Assembly: GCA_050084985.1 (NCBI GenBank)
Contig: JBITNC010000001.1
Coordinates: forward strand, 178,498,001 to 178,562,000
Direction: 5' to 3'
Source of the DNA: Nageia nagi
Lineage: Eukaryota; Plantae; Pinophyta
Length of the DNA: 64,000 bases
In this document: in pieces, positions 42,298-57,399 of the stretch
Numbering within the stretch: position 1 is the first letter of the stretch
Layout of the letters: each line of letters begins with the position of its first letter
Position numbers and translations under genes: made by a program
Notes under the pieces: model-generated
Told to the model about the DNA's origin: nothing
Database searches by the model: none
The model's input: the letters and a program-made list of their open reading frames with translations, nothing else

Positions 42298-43750
42298 TTT
42301 TTTATAAGGGTAAATTGAATAAGGGATGTTTTATACAGGGTTACCAAAACCTATCTTTACAAAGAGTTTATAGATTTTCAAAGAGATACATATGGGTAAA
42401 ATTATATTCCTATTCCAAACTAACCTAGAATAAACTAGGTATTAGTGAGATATAAGCTTCATAGATATGTAAATCCTATATACCATTCTTCATTTTTTAG
42501 ATCTAAAAAAGCATTTATGCACTTTAGACTTCAAAAGTAGTATTTATGATCCAAATCCTTATTGTTTAATAGGCCCTCTATTTTGTTGTGAATAAATATT
42601 CTCCTTACTCTGATCCACCTCTTATGGCACACCATCACTCCTACATCCATCATCCCTAGCTTTCGATAAATCTATTTTAGACAAGGTGGATGAGGTAATA
42701 GGTCTTTGAGATATTCTAGATTGATTTACCATTAGATAATTTCTCTTCAAGTACCCTAATTTTTAGTATTAATAACATATCAAGGAGAAAATTTTGTATT
42801 CAATGCTTTAGGACCAAGTTTATCATCTTGAGGTCAACATGTTTGATTGGGGCTAGGGCTCTGAAAGGTTCATCCATAGTACGATTCAAGCCTTACATAG
42901 GTCCTTTTTCTTGGCCACATTTTTAATAATATGATCATCAGTAGATTAGAAATATTTGAGGGCTTCTTCAACCTTTATGATAATACTATGAATTTATAAC
43001 TCTACTGGCAAGGCATATAGATTTAACCCAATAGGTATCTTAGAGATCTCTTCTGAAAGGGAATTAAAATCAACAAACTAATATACAACCCCCTCTTTAT
43101 GAAGAAAAAATGATGTTTGCATTATAAAGCCTTGTCCCTATCCCTTAGATCATCAAAAATAACCATGAAAAAATTATATGGGAGAGGAAAATGTAGAGCT
43201 TACATTCCTAATAGTCTTCCATGAGTTTTATTAAATCCTTCCAACTTGGGTGCTTCCCTCTTAATTTGTAAATGATCGATCAAGATTTTAGATCTTTAGG
43301 TTTCAGATATTCTTCATCATCTACAATATTGAGCATAATTAGAGGATAATTTATTAGTTACATTCATGGGAATTCAAATGGATCTAACTATTTAAAACCA
43401 TTATTTGAATCACTTTCCTTTTCCATAGATACCCTTTGTATCCTATCACTATTCATACCAAGATGTTGCATGTCATGATACCTTGTGGTTATTCCCCTAT
43501 CACCTTATTTATCCTCCTACAACATTAAGTTCTTCTACTCTCATGACTGCATGATCTTTTCCTATTCATAAAATGTTCTTCTACACTAATTGAAGGGTTC
43601 GTTCTACTATCAACAAATTAAAATTGCCAATATTTTGAAATTATTTCTCCACTATTTTATTTATTTTAGTTCAACAAAATTCCTTACTCATAACCCTAAC
43701 GTAGCTTCACGTGCCCCATTTCTTTTCTTACTTCTATCTCTTTGACTCAC
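42298..43750 (-). mobile_element. LINE remnant (ORF1 part joined to 3' end)
   Basis: GQGFIMQ (DUF4283 GPW..GL..W-like) near 43120-43140, and a T-run at ~42297-42303 consistent with poly(A). Confidence 0.5.
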
Positions 43751-44879
43751 CACATCCCTAAAAGAATTGAATATATTGTTAAAATTAGAAGTCATTTATT
43801 TTCTTTCAAAAAATGATAAATATCATAAGCCAAATACTTTATGTTTTGAACCACATATAATCTTAAAACTAAAAGAATTGATTTTTCAAACATCTATTTA
43901 TTTTTCTTTTCAAGAGATGAGATAATGTAGATCAAATAGTCTAAGAATTGCAATAAATATAGAATTAAACCCCAATTCATCTTATTTTTAATAAACCATT
44001 CATTTAATAACCATGAATTTTTATTTACCATTCAAAAAATTTACTTAAAACCTTAATTTATAAAATTTTCAAGTATCCATATAGTTATCTTATAATAATA
44101 ATAAATACATATACAATCTAACTATGATAATATCATATCAACTTCAAATTCCTATTTTTAATAATTTAAACAAAACAATAAGTAAAACACTAGTATGCAT
44201 AGTCAAGTGGGAAAATCCTTAATTTATTATTTTATTTATGGAAAGGATTTGAATTAATACATTTCCTTTTCTAAACATTTGCAACTTAGTTTTCCTATAA
44301 CACTTATTTGTATCTATATACCTTTAATATTTTCCAAGGTATATTTAAATTACTATTCTCCAAGGAAACCTTCAATAGCATGGGTGTGATCATGTCATGA
44401 TGAGACTACAGAGAAGTAAATTCTCTCATAGCGTAATATACCTCTTTATCTCACTCTAAAACCCACACTAATTTTTTTGTACATAAGTTTAGGTGAATTC
44501 CATACTTTTATCCACAAACAAATCAACACACACAAATATATATATTTCATGTTACAATTGAACATTTAATTCATTAAGTTTTCTAATTTTTATTTTAAAA
44601 AAACTTTATATTGAGTATACTTCATAACCATAAGTCCATTCATCTTAAATCAAACTTACTTAATTTAAAGACATCAAGAAACATGTTCTTATATAATCAC
44701 TTTATTAACCTTAAATGAATTACTATTATTCATTTACTAAACCTCTCCCATTTGGTACATATTTTACATTCAAGTCAGTTTGTGAAACTATGTTGGTGGT
44801 TAACATTTTTTTTAACATATTAGATTATTTTATTGTGTTAATTTTATGTATATTCATTTTGAGTGCAATTCTTAACACT

Positions 44880-45830
<951 letters not shown>

Positions 45831-47291
45831 CTCACAAGGTATAGTAGCCTCTACATGAAGCTTGAAATGCCAACAAAAGAACCTACAAAAATACTCAATA
45901 TTCTCCCCATATTGATTAGGGTTCATTCCCTTTGGCCACATCCAAGATAAGGTTAACCATCCATGTGGAGTAGATCTTGTCATTTGATCATTGATAGTAC
46001 AATAAAGATTAAAAATAATCCCTTGCTCTATTTTAGATATGATTCATACTTAGGTTTTATTATTCATGGCTTCAAGAAGATCAATATGTAATTTTTATTA
46101 TCACATATTTTAAGTAGAATAAACACTAACAAATAATTAGGCTAGATAATCACTAGCTTAGAGTTTGGTCTTAGGAAATTTAGGCTAGCCATAGCTTATT
46201 TACCATACTAATCCACTTCTTATTTTTCTAGTTTGAATACTTATAAAATATTATTTGTAAAAATCATAAGATAAGGTGAACACTTTACCTTCAAAAAAAT
46301 GGCTTAATCCTTAAAAACTTATACCTTTTTAGTAACATCGTCATCATAAAATACATCAAATGTGTAAATTATATTCTCCAATTCTATATGGATTTTCTAA
46401 CTAACCACCATAAGATCATTAAAAAGGATCCCCAAAAAGTGGTATCTGACACATAGTCCATCATTCTTTTCTACATGGTATAAGGGGAGATATGATGGAT
46501 TGTAAAGGATAAAAATGATTACCAAATAGTTGTTAGTTTTTCAAAAATTATGACTTAATTTATCCAAATTGAATTGGAAAATATTTTAGCATCTTAATAC
46601 TTTTGGTTAGATGGAGGTATAACTCTATTAATTATCATTTCTTCATAGATAAATAGATGTGAGGCATACTCAAATAAATATTAAATTCATACCTTTTAAA
46701 AATTTCTTAATCAAATAAATACCACTATAAAGATTCATAAAAAACTAATCTCTTTACTCTATGCACCTTTATTTATTATTTAAACTAAAAAATATTAGCT
46801 TTGGATGATGAGACCCTAATTTACACCCCCCATTAACTCCATCTAGGGTACTTTCCTTTTGGTAGATATGCATTTTGTAAGTTTAAGTGAACCTTTATCC
46901 TTTATTAGTACATTTAAGTCCTTCTAACTTTGATATATACTCTCTTTCTCATATATAGTTTTAAAAAATAGGTTTATAATATGTTTATATGCATAAACAT
47001 TTTATTATATGATTTTATAAAATACTTTGATAATATTCATTTGACCCCTTTATTTTGTTTCTAAGACTTGGGGCCTTATTTTTAATTATCTCACTCTTAA
47101 GGGATAATTTATAATTTTAATAAACACACACATACATAAATTATAAAAAAGAGAAAACTCATATTTAATACATATCTAAAATTAAATAAGTGATAAGCAC
47201 TAATATAATCTAGCTCTCCATTGTTGTAGTTAATTAACTAGGGCTAAGGTAGTTACACTTAAATTTAATTAGTTACACTTAAATTTAATCA

Positions 47292-47295
<4 letters not shown>

Positions 47296-47333
<38 letters not shown>
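47296..47333. repeat. (AT)n microsatellite preceded by a 19/20-bp tandem duplication (agttacacttaaatttaat x2)
   Basis: Direct reading. Confidence 0.95.
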
Positions 47334-47340
<7 letters not shown>

Positions 47341-50300
47341 ATATGATTCTCTTCACCAAACACCTCATCATGATGGAACTCTTAATCATCTAATTGGTAT
47401 CACTATCCATTAAAGTTTATAATACATTCTCCTTAACTTATAGTTTATCTCACTTGAATGTTTCTTGTATGTGTAATTAATCACTCCTAAGTTTTATATA
47501 TCATCAACATTAAAATAGGATCATGTACATGTTTTTATGCATCACCAAATATCTTTTTTTTTTTTAATTCATGGAGACCTCATTATCTTGCATAACCATA
47601 ATTAATGAAGGTCATATGTGGGGGATTTAGTCATCTCTTTACTATGACCTTATCTAGGGTTAAAAGAAAATATTACATGAATTCAAAAGCATACAAAATC
47701 TATTTTTTTTATAAATTAAATATTCTAAATACTACTTTACATAAAAATATAAAATCTTTCAATAAAATTTAAATATTATTCATAATCCAATTAATCTATT
47801 TTGTTTTTTTTTATAAAATAAACATCCTTATAATGTAAGAATAAGCATCCTAATCAAACATTAGGAATTTATTTTGAATTCAATCCACTAGACCATAGGT
47901 ACCTAATTCATGGGGCCACCCCTAATATCTACATATGTATTAGCCATGGTATGATTTGTATTTGGTCATCTAATTAATTTAAGGTGTCTCAATCTTTTGC
48001 TAACTTATATATTTATTAAAGAAGGAAAGGTCCTCCAATGTTTTACACCTTTCAACATCTTTTCTTGATTTTGAATAGGTACTTAATTAATACTCACAAA
48101 TTTATTACATTTTTATCTTACATAAATTTGTATCACCTAAATAATTTACACTATTATATTTTGATGAATACCATGACTAGGCACATGCATATTTATTTGG
48201 TTATTTTACTTTGCCTAGTTGTAGTTCCTAATAACCAATATGTTTAATCTATAGTCTTCAATAGTAATAATTATTTTATGTATTTATGATAACTTGATTA
48301 GATTATAATTTAGATCCATCTAACCACCTCAATTTTCTTGGATTCAATTGAGATATTCTTAAAAGGCCTCATCATATTTGAACTCAATTCGGATGTACAT
48401 AAAAAGACCTCAACATTTTTTGAAAATACTATGAGCCTCTATGTTTTAAGATTTTTCCACTACTTTAAAGCATATATTTAAAGTCATTAATTTAAATATT
48501 ATTCTTTCAAATAAGTTATTATAATTCCTTTATAATATCATTTGTTGTATTATTTCATATGTAAAATAATACAATAATCTTTGATTCAAATACTCTTTTA
48601 AGTCATCTCATACTATTTAAGTAATATATGCATCACTTATAATGTGTTTGACTAAAAATATCTTTGGTAATAATTATTTATTCAAAATATTTTAATCTAA
48701 CTTATAACTTTATAATTTTCATGTTCATTTTATTACCTAAATAGATTAGGACTACTATTTTAAAATTATTATATATATATATATATAAACTCTATGTTCA
48801 ATATATATTTATTTTAAATATAATATAGTATTATGCTTTTATTTAAAATTTTAAATATTTTCTCCTTTGAGAGAAAACCATCTGATATAATACAAAAGTA
48901 CTTAATCAATTTAAATATTCATCTATTAATATATTTAAAATATTTTTCTAAAAAGAAACACACACTTTTTTATAAAATGTTTTATTCATATTTAGAAAGA
49001 AAAGAAAAATATTTAAGATAGAAAATCTTTTAGTTAAAATGTATTTTAAAAAGCACTTTTTAAGGTTTGAAACACATTCTCTTTTCTTAGGAAAAAAACT
49101 CCCAAATGATAATTTTTGATTCCTAAAATGGTAGTCTATTATTGATATAGAAGCTTTTTCTCATAGTAGGGATCAAATGATTGCAACAAAAAAGAATAGA
49201 CCTATCTCCACTAATTTCTTGAGAGATAATAACAAGTTAATAGGATAAGGATCCACAATTTCAAAAAAAGTCTTTATACCTAACAAAAAGATTCAAAAAG
49301 CAACCTAAATTCCAAGCATTGTGGGGGAGTTTCACCTATGTGTGGTTACAGGTGACTCCTCCTCCCTGAATTTGATTTACAACAAGATTGGAAAGGCTAG
49401 TAGATTTGGTGGCATACTTGGGCTATGCATGAAGGAGGATTTAAATATTGTTTGTAAAAGATTTTAAGTATTATTTGAAACCTTGTGCCTTATTTTTTGT
49501 AGATGAAGATATGTTATAAGTATTATATCTTATGATGCAATTTAAAAGATTAAAAATGGAGTTGTTGTGATTGGGATTTGATGTATTTATTGATAATTAG
49601 AGAACCCATCAATTGGATATTAATGAAAATTTGGGAAGAGTGATCTTCTAAGAGTTGAGGATTCAACTTCTCAGCTTGACTCATCTATCCTAGGTCTATA
49701 AGACCTTCTTTATAACTCTGGTACTATAAGAAGGATTTTTTCCAATTGTAGCTTAAGTACTTGGTTTTGATTATGATGATGCTATGATAAGGATTATATA
49801 AATTCATAATAGATTATTGATTTATATTTATAATAATGATGTGATAGATTTATTATAGGAGAGCTAAAATTCTATTATTTTTAGGTTATGGTTGGGTAGA
49901 AATTATAGCAACAGAGATGATTATAAAAGGATTTTAAAATAAGTTGTATGAGATGAGTAAAGTTATTGCATATATATTACATATAGGTGATAATTAGGTA
50001 GTTATATGATGATCATTCATAAAATCTAATAGGTTTCAGGATCCTATTAAAACCTATTTTACTTTTTTTGTATCAACTATTTATCTTTTTACCAAAAAAA
50101 TAAAGAAAAAGATCCAACCTAAACCTAGAACATAATTCTTCAATATGTTAGTATAAGTAGATCAAATAATATAATCCAATTAGTAGTAAATTAAACAATT
50201 ACAATTATTTATAAGGAATGCTTTTAGATGATCTGGTAGTAAAGAAGAGGGTATCTATATTGAAATAAAAGATTTGGCATACTTATTGCTTCTACTGAGT

Positions 50301-52254
50301 ATATCTAAATATCACCTTTATAAGTATATCATCCTATTTAAATTTACTTTCTATAAAATATGTTTTTATAAATAGCATACAAGATATCATATGCAAGTCA
50401 TCTATAGGGTTTAGAATTTGTATAATTAAGTTGTTAAGGGGATGATGTCAAAATAAGATAATGTTCTTGAGAAACATAGAACATCATCTCAAAAGCAATA
50501 TTACATATTCATTTTGAGGTCCATTAGATAATACCAAAATTAGTATTTAAACATTGAACCATTCAAACCTTGGATTTTCTAAAAAGAACCTATTTTTCCT
50601 AGAAATATGAAAACAACACTCAAAACTTGTATATTACTACCAAAACCCAAAAATTTAGGACCAATTTTTCTTTTGGAAATATTCCGTACATATGGTTTAC
50701 TATTTATGGAGCTTATATCCCACGTGAACTACATTTTTAAGTTCTTCATATTATACCTAGATACCACCTTCCTCAGGTATGCAAGCTTATCTCACTTATA
50801 AGCAATTCCTCATGATGATCGTGCTCTAATTTTATTCAAGTGAGACCTTTACTATCATAAGGAAACAAGCTTGAATTCTATGAATCCTTTTCATCTAATT
50901 TGATGGCTAGATTTGTTAAATTACCAATTTTCAATATTAATTACTTCTTATAATGCTTATATTTGTTCCCTAAATTTTAGTAGATAGTTGTTTATATCCA
51001 CTTCCTATGCTAAAACTTATGTCTAAATTTGAAGTACTTGTTTACCAAAAATCTTACCAATTTGTCATTTAGGTTTGATACATATCATGTGGACTCATTC
51101 CATTAATATTACTTAGTTTAGTCATAAATCCATCAATAAGTACATTGATATCCTTTCATAATTATTTAAAACCTAATATATTAGAGAGATAGGTCTAGCA
51201 TATGTTATCAAGTTCTCACCCTATTAACTTCGCAATAATCCATAAAACCATCCATGCATTCAAAAGTATAATAATGGGATTAAACTTTATTTAGCTTGCT
51301 ATACTATATTGATAATTCAATTAGATACTTTATATATATATACATATATATATATAATCTAACTATGTATGAGAATAATCCTTTACTTCAATACTCTTTG
51401 TTCATCTCAAAAATACTTTCCAATTCCCATACATCTTGTGTTGAGATTTGGTATACAATGATCATAACTCTTGGAATGGATGTTATATTTCTTCCTTGCT
51501 AATCCCCTTATATTATTTTTACATCAAAATAATATCAAATAGATCAAATACATCATCTGTACACTTCTTGAACAATGAGATTTATAGTAGGAGTAGGTCT
51601 TCATCCTTTCTCATGCCATCTTCTTTTTATGAACTTCCCAAGGTTTGAAGAGTGAGTGGTCATAGGTACTGAGAATGAATCATGAGCATATAGATAGTTC
51701 TTTCTTTATGAACCCAATGCATTATATGTATCATGCCTTAATTCATCCAAGTTTACCATCAAATTTGACACACCACTTACTTAGATTTTTCTCTATTTGT
51801 GGTCTCAAGAGGTTTTATGCCTTTGTTGAAGCTATCTCCCTTCCTCAAAGATTTCAATTTGATTCCACCATCTCCAAAGGTATATAATTGTCAAGTATAA
51901 TCCACCATCTCTTATAAAAGTATTAGTACATGTAAGGTTGAAATTTAGTATATATATATACAAAATCAATTACAAGTCATTCCTTATGCATCTCTCATTA
52001 CAATTGAAGCTCAAATACTAAAAATATCCATTAAAAACTTCATTTGACCTCTTGGAACAAGGTTTATTTATACCTTCCATAATGAACATCTAGCAATAAT
52101 GTTCTTAAGAATTAATAACCTCTATATGTCTTTAAAAATGATTAACTTAATTTAATCCTTATCAAAAGCTTTGCAGGATATATTCCAATGCTTTATATTG
52201 GAATGGGCTACTAAATTATTTAATTAAAAAGCTCCATTCAAGATAGATATGTGG

Positions 52255-53450
52255 GAATTGGGTTAATGAATTATTTGGCAAAATGACTCATTACTTCATA
52301 GATTCATGGATTCATAGTATCAATACCATTGATTGGTTGCAATGGATTAATACTGAGATTTCATTATGTTTTTTCCCTTTAAAAATTTTGCTTTATAATG
52401 TACAATATGCTAGAGAGATCATGTAAATCAAAAGGGGTTACATACTATAAGCATAGAATGGAGATATTGAATGGCCTTATAATTTTGCAACCTTTACCAG
52501 TATTCTTCCAACATGTTCTACAATGGAGACTTTAGAAAAGGTGATCAAAGATTAGTTGAACATGGTTTCCATTATAGAACTAAATTCTCTAACCTTCACC
52601 AGTATTCCTTTAGCATGTGCTATGATGGAGATGCTAAAGGAAGGCTTGGATAGCCAAATCCTGCAACCTTTGATAATATTATTCCAACATGTGCTAGGAT
52701 GGAAACTCTAAAATAAGGTATTGATGGATTTCAAAGAATGGGTAAAAAGGGGTTTAACTAGGAAGCAAAGCTAGACTTTCTGACCTTTTCTAGTATTCTC
52801 TCAACATGTGTTACGATGAAAATTCAATGATTAAAGACCAATGTAAAGCCATACTCTATGACCTTTTCTAGTATTACTCCAACATGTGTTAGGATTGGAA
52901 CTTTAGAAAAAGGTGTAGACATCAAATGTAAAGATAAATATGACCTTTTCCAATATTGTTCTAGCATGTGCTTTGAGTGGAACTTTAAAAGAAGGTATGA
53001 ATGATAACTATCAAAGAATAGCTGAAAGAGGTTTAGACTCTATAGCCTTTACCAACATTCATCAATCATGCACTAATAGGGAAACTCTAAAATAAGGTGT
53101 GGACAACAAATTCCATAATAAATCCAAACACTATGATCCTTACTAGTATTATTCTAGCTTGCTATAATAAGAACTCCAGAAGGAGGTATGGAAAATGATC
53201 AAAGATTAGTTGAAATTGATTTGAAATTACTAGAATGTTATTGTTGTGAGGTTATTAATGCAATGCATGAGTCATAGTATTGCAAGGTTGATGTAGATAT
53301 AGTTTCATGGGTTGCAATGGTATCAAAATATACACTAGAATGACCTCAGTGAGGATGTCCTAGACTCTCTAATTTGAAACCTTAACAATTTCACCTTTGC
53401 ATGTGTTCTACTTGCCTACACCAATCTAGTGGATGAGGATGGAATTTGAG
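52255..53450 (+). pseudogene. PPR-derived concatemer (about 8 L-motif fragments + S- and L2-like motifs) captured in the 3' LTR
   Basis: ATFTSILPTCSTMETLEK, LTFTSIPLACAMMEMLKEG, PNPATFDNIIPTCARMETLK*G, LTFSSILSTC, VKPYSMTFSSITPTCVRIGTLEKG, MTFSNIVLACALSGTLKEG, IAFTNIHQSC and MILTSIILAC, then DIVSWVAMVSKY and FTFACVLLAYTNLVDE. Confidence 0.85.
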
Positions 53451-53538
53451 TGACTCTTAAGATACTAACTCAAGAATTAATTAGAGTATGAGATTGGAGA
53501 AGTGGGATTTCCAATGGAAAGCTACTTTGATAGTTTAT

Positions 53539-53541
<3 letters not shown>

Positions 53542-53608
<67 letters not shown>

Positions 53609-53623
53609 ACACACAAACACACA
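53542..53623. repeat. (CA)n microsatellite in the 3' LTR
   Basis: Direct reading. Confidence 0.97.
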
Positions 53624-56600
53624 TAATATAATCATAAAGCTATATATATTCCATGACTCCCTTAGGTAGTGTACTCTATACTAAGTACTAAATCACATGG
53701 CCTAAATTTTTAGAACTACTAAGGCCACTTCTATAAGAAACAAAAAACATCCTTTCAAGATTGGATTTCTTATTTTTGAGATAAATAAATATATTTAGTA
53801 CCTCATATTCATTATAAAATTACATAGATTCACATTTCTATGTATCGAAGAAGAGTACTATAAACTTCACATGCATCTAGCCACATGAAACTCAAAAATA
53901 AAATAAAATTACTTTTAGATAATTGTGACAAACTTGTACCATTTCTTTTTCAACTATTAAAATCAAGATTTAATACCATTTCTAGTATAATTTTAAAAAA
54001 TAATATATCCTTTAATTATTTGTATCAAATACTAGACATAGGATTCTAATTAACATCAAAATGCTAAAAATCAAGGGGAAGCACCTGGATAATTGAGGAG
54101 ATGCTCCTTTCTCCATGGGAATCTAGAAAAAGGCTCTTGGAAAGAGAGAATCAAGAGAAGATAAATGGAATTCCCATAAGGTTCCTCAAAATATATAATC
54201 AAAATGTGATATATTCATTCCAAGGTAAGCACTATTTTTCCATCCCATCAACCTCATATGTAGGGTGGAGATTTTTATTTTTTTTGTGAGGGGTTTTTGG
54301 GCCTTCTACCTTATACCCTACAAAACTGATTTCACATCATTCAAAAAGGAACAAAATATTTATATCAAATCATTTAAATTTACCACAAAATAATAATTTG
54401 TGTAGGGAATATAACTCAATTATTTTTGCAAGGTGCCAAAATAACCTTGCAACCACCAATAGAAGACAAATGATCCTTATTACCCCTAATTTTTATTTTT
54501 ACTAACTTTAACCAATATTACTTGGTTAGAATTTGAATTCAAATAAATTGGAATATTCCTTGTAGATAGTTAATAAATTTAAAAAATTCATATCAACTTT
54601 TTAACACTCATTTTTACCTGCTATGATCCCCTTATTCTTCAAAATAAATTTATTAGTGCACATACACACCCACACACAAAAGCATTATCAAAGATATATT
54701 TTCAATGTGCATCTATATGATCTATGAAGGTTCCTTATGAGTCTATAAATAATTAATTACCAATAATTTCCTCACTCTTACCACTCTATTCTCATAACCA
54801 TTCATCTTGGTTCCTTGGGATCTCCATCTTGATTCTTTCTTTAAATTGACCCATTACCTGTATCACATAAAATCTTGAAGCCAACATCAATTTTTCATGG
54901 ATATGGTATATATCAAATTATTATTAGTAATATAATGATATTATTTATATTAAAATTGTTTTACAACATTTGAACTATAATAAATTCAAATTTGAGGATG
55001 CAATGGGGTTGTTACATACTCACTCCCTTAGGAATAACACATTCCTTTGTGTTTCTTTCTTTTTCATCTATAATTTTCTTAAGAGCACATATCATAGTTC
55101 CTCAAACTCTTACATTGGATTCAATATTTTCAAGGACATTAAGATGATCCAACTTGAGTCTATGTCAATGGCCAGTTGATCCTCAAGTGGGTTAAGTTGA
55201 TCACCTACTAGAATCAATCAACCATTTCATTTCTAGTATTCATCACCAAAACCCTTCACAAATTAGTTCAAAGGAATCATCATTATCCCACCATTTATAT
55301 AAACTAACAAATCAATTACAATTGATCATTTGATCACAACATTAGGTTTTGGTGTCATCTTGAGGCCCATATCACCTAAGATGGTGGTAATCCAAAACAA
55401 GGTCATACCACATATGACATATCTTACACTAAACTATATATAGAGTGGATCACCCTTGAAATAATTGTTATTTCAAATCATTAAACCATGATGAATAAAT
55501 TAATATAACTTATATCCTCATCCAATATAGTCTAGATTTATTGATGACTACCCCTTTTCCTTGAGGTAAGATAACTAACCTACCCATATCTATTGATTAG
55601 TATTCCTAGTGCTCTGAGCTCCCATGCCCATAGCTTGGGAACCCAAATATCTTTAGGAAGGAAAAAATTCCACATAATGATATTTTAATTTTGATTTTTT
55701 ATCACAAAATCATCACTTTTCATAAGAATTTGTAGTTAACCTATTAGTTGCAATAGATCCTCACCCGATCTTTTAAAATACAAATGTTATCACATCCTTA
55801 TTTATGTGAGATTTACATAATATTACCATTAGGTCCTTACATTTTTTGGATCTAATAGGAATAAAATTTAGATAAATAATATTCATTCATACCCTTTTAT
55901 CTTAGTTATTTGGGTTCAATTCAAGTAGAATTAGCAGTAGCACTTCAAAGATTTATCTTTTCAAAAGAATTTTAATAATAAATACAAATCACATATTTAA
56001 TATTGATTTAAAATATTAGCAAAGAATTTATCATCAAGGAATATATCCTTATTCATTCTTAGAATTAAAAGTTTGATATTACCTAAAATTCCTTCATTAG
56101 GGTTGGGAATCATATTTTGGGATAAGTTTATCCCAAACTGAGCTATAATATTTTTGTATTCTTGAGTTTTCTTCTTCAAAACTTGATCTCCCAAAGATAA
56201 TTTAATACTCATGAAGCTTTCTTTTTAGTGGATTGAACTTGATCTTGAAGTTACTATTCTTGAACAAGATATCTATCATTTTCTATTACCAATTGATTTT
56301 GTTTAATAATTAATATAATCTTTTCTTGATTCAAAGTATCTCTCTGAATCCTAAGAGATTCTCTTTGTTCTCCTTTGATAATCAATTGTTGTCATAAAAA
56401 AGCATTTTCAATGTTAAATAATATTTTTATTATTAAAATTTTTTAGTGACACATTCTTATAAATATTCTAATTATATGAAGTACTATTGGGTTCTCTATT
56501 GATTTATTACCATTTTTCTCACTAAAATTTACAGCTCAAACCAAAAAAGTAAGTAAAAAACCATTGATTTTTAAAACATTTATCTACATTCACACATCAC

Positions 56601-57399
56601 ATTATGAGAGTACAAATATAGACATTCACAAATAAGCTAATAATTTATTTAAATCAATCAATAGTTTAGGAAAAAGGGGACTTTCCTCCATTTGGCTTTC
56701 CATTTGGGATTCATCTTCCCTATCACCCTTATCATTGGGTGATCTCGATGAGTCTAAAGAGACCCTAATACCATGTTGAAGTAATAATTTTTCATACCTT
56801 TGATCTTGCATTCTTCATTTTTATATCTCTTGTAAGGAGGTACTAAGGTGTGCAAATGCCTATTCTTGCATACTTTGAATTTGTTGGATCAACTTCCATT
56901 CTTGGTCGATGAGATCAATCATCAACTTATTTCACTTTGTAGAGATGGAATTCCAAATCCTTTCATATTCTTATCTTTCCCTTCAAATATGAATTATTTA
57001 TTCTTTGGAATTATTTAACTATTATTGTAAATATTCATTCTTCATGATAGCTTGGATCTTTTCCATTATTCACCATTAGTTATTTTACCCTATGTTTATA
57101 TAAGTGATGAAATTTTAAGAAGTTTTAACTAGTTGTATAGGATGTGGCATCGTACACATAAATTTTAAATGACAATATCATATTGCACCTTTTTCAACCA
57201 TAATATCCCTCAATAATATCTTTAATATCTCATCATATGCTCTCTAGCCATAGATTCTTGGTGGATATTTAGTACTCGAGTCTTTTTTGTCCACTCATAA
57301 GAATATTTTCATACACCACTTATAATTAATGTATATCCTTTTTTGTATGGGTAATAAATTTATAAGTATTGCTTATATTCTACCAATGCATTTTTCTTA

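Larger units (their letters stand above)
50628..55016 (-). repeat. 3' LTR of the Gypsy element
   Basis: Colinear with 59429-63700; bounded by TGT...GTTACA. Confidence 0.92.

Noticed and set aside
52480-53230. CRISPR-like repeat-spacer appearance
   Set aside because: The units are degenerate, protein-derived (PPR) and of variable length. The context is eukaryotic and no cas genes are present.
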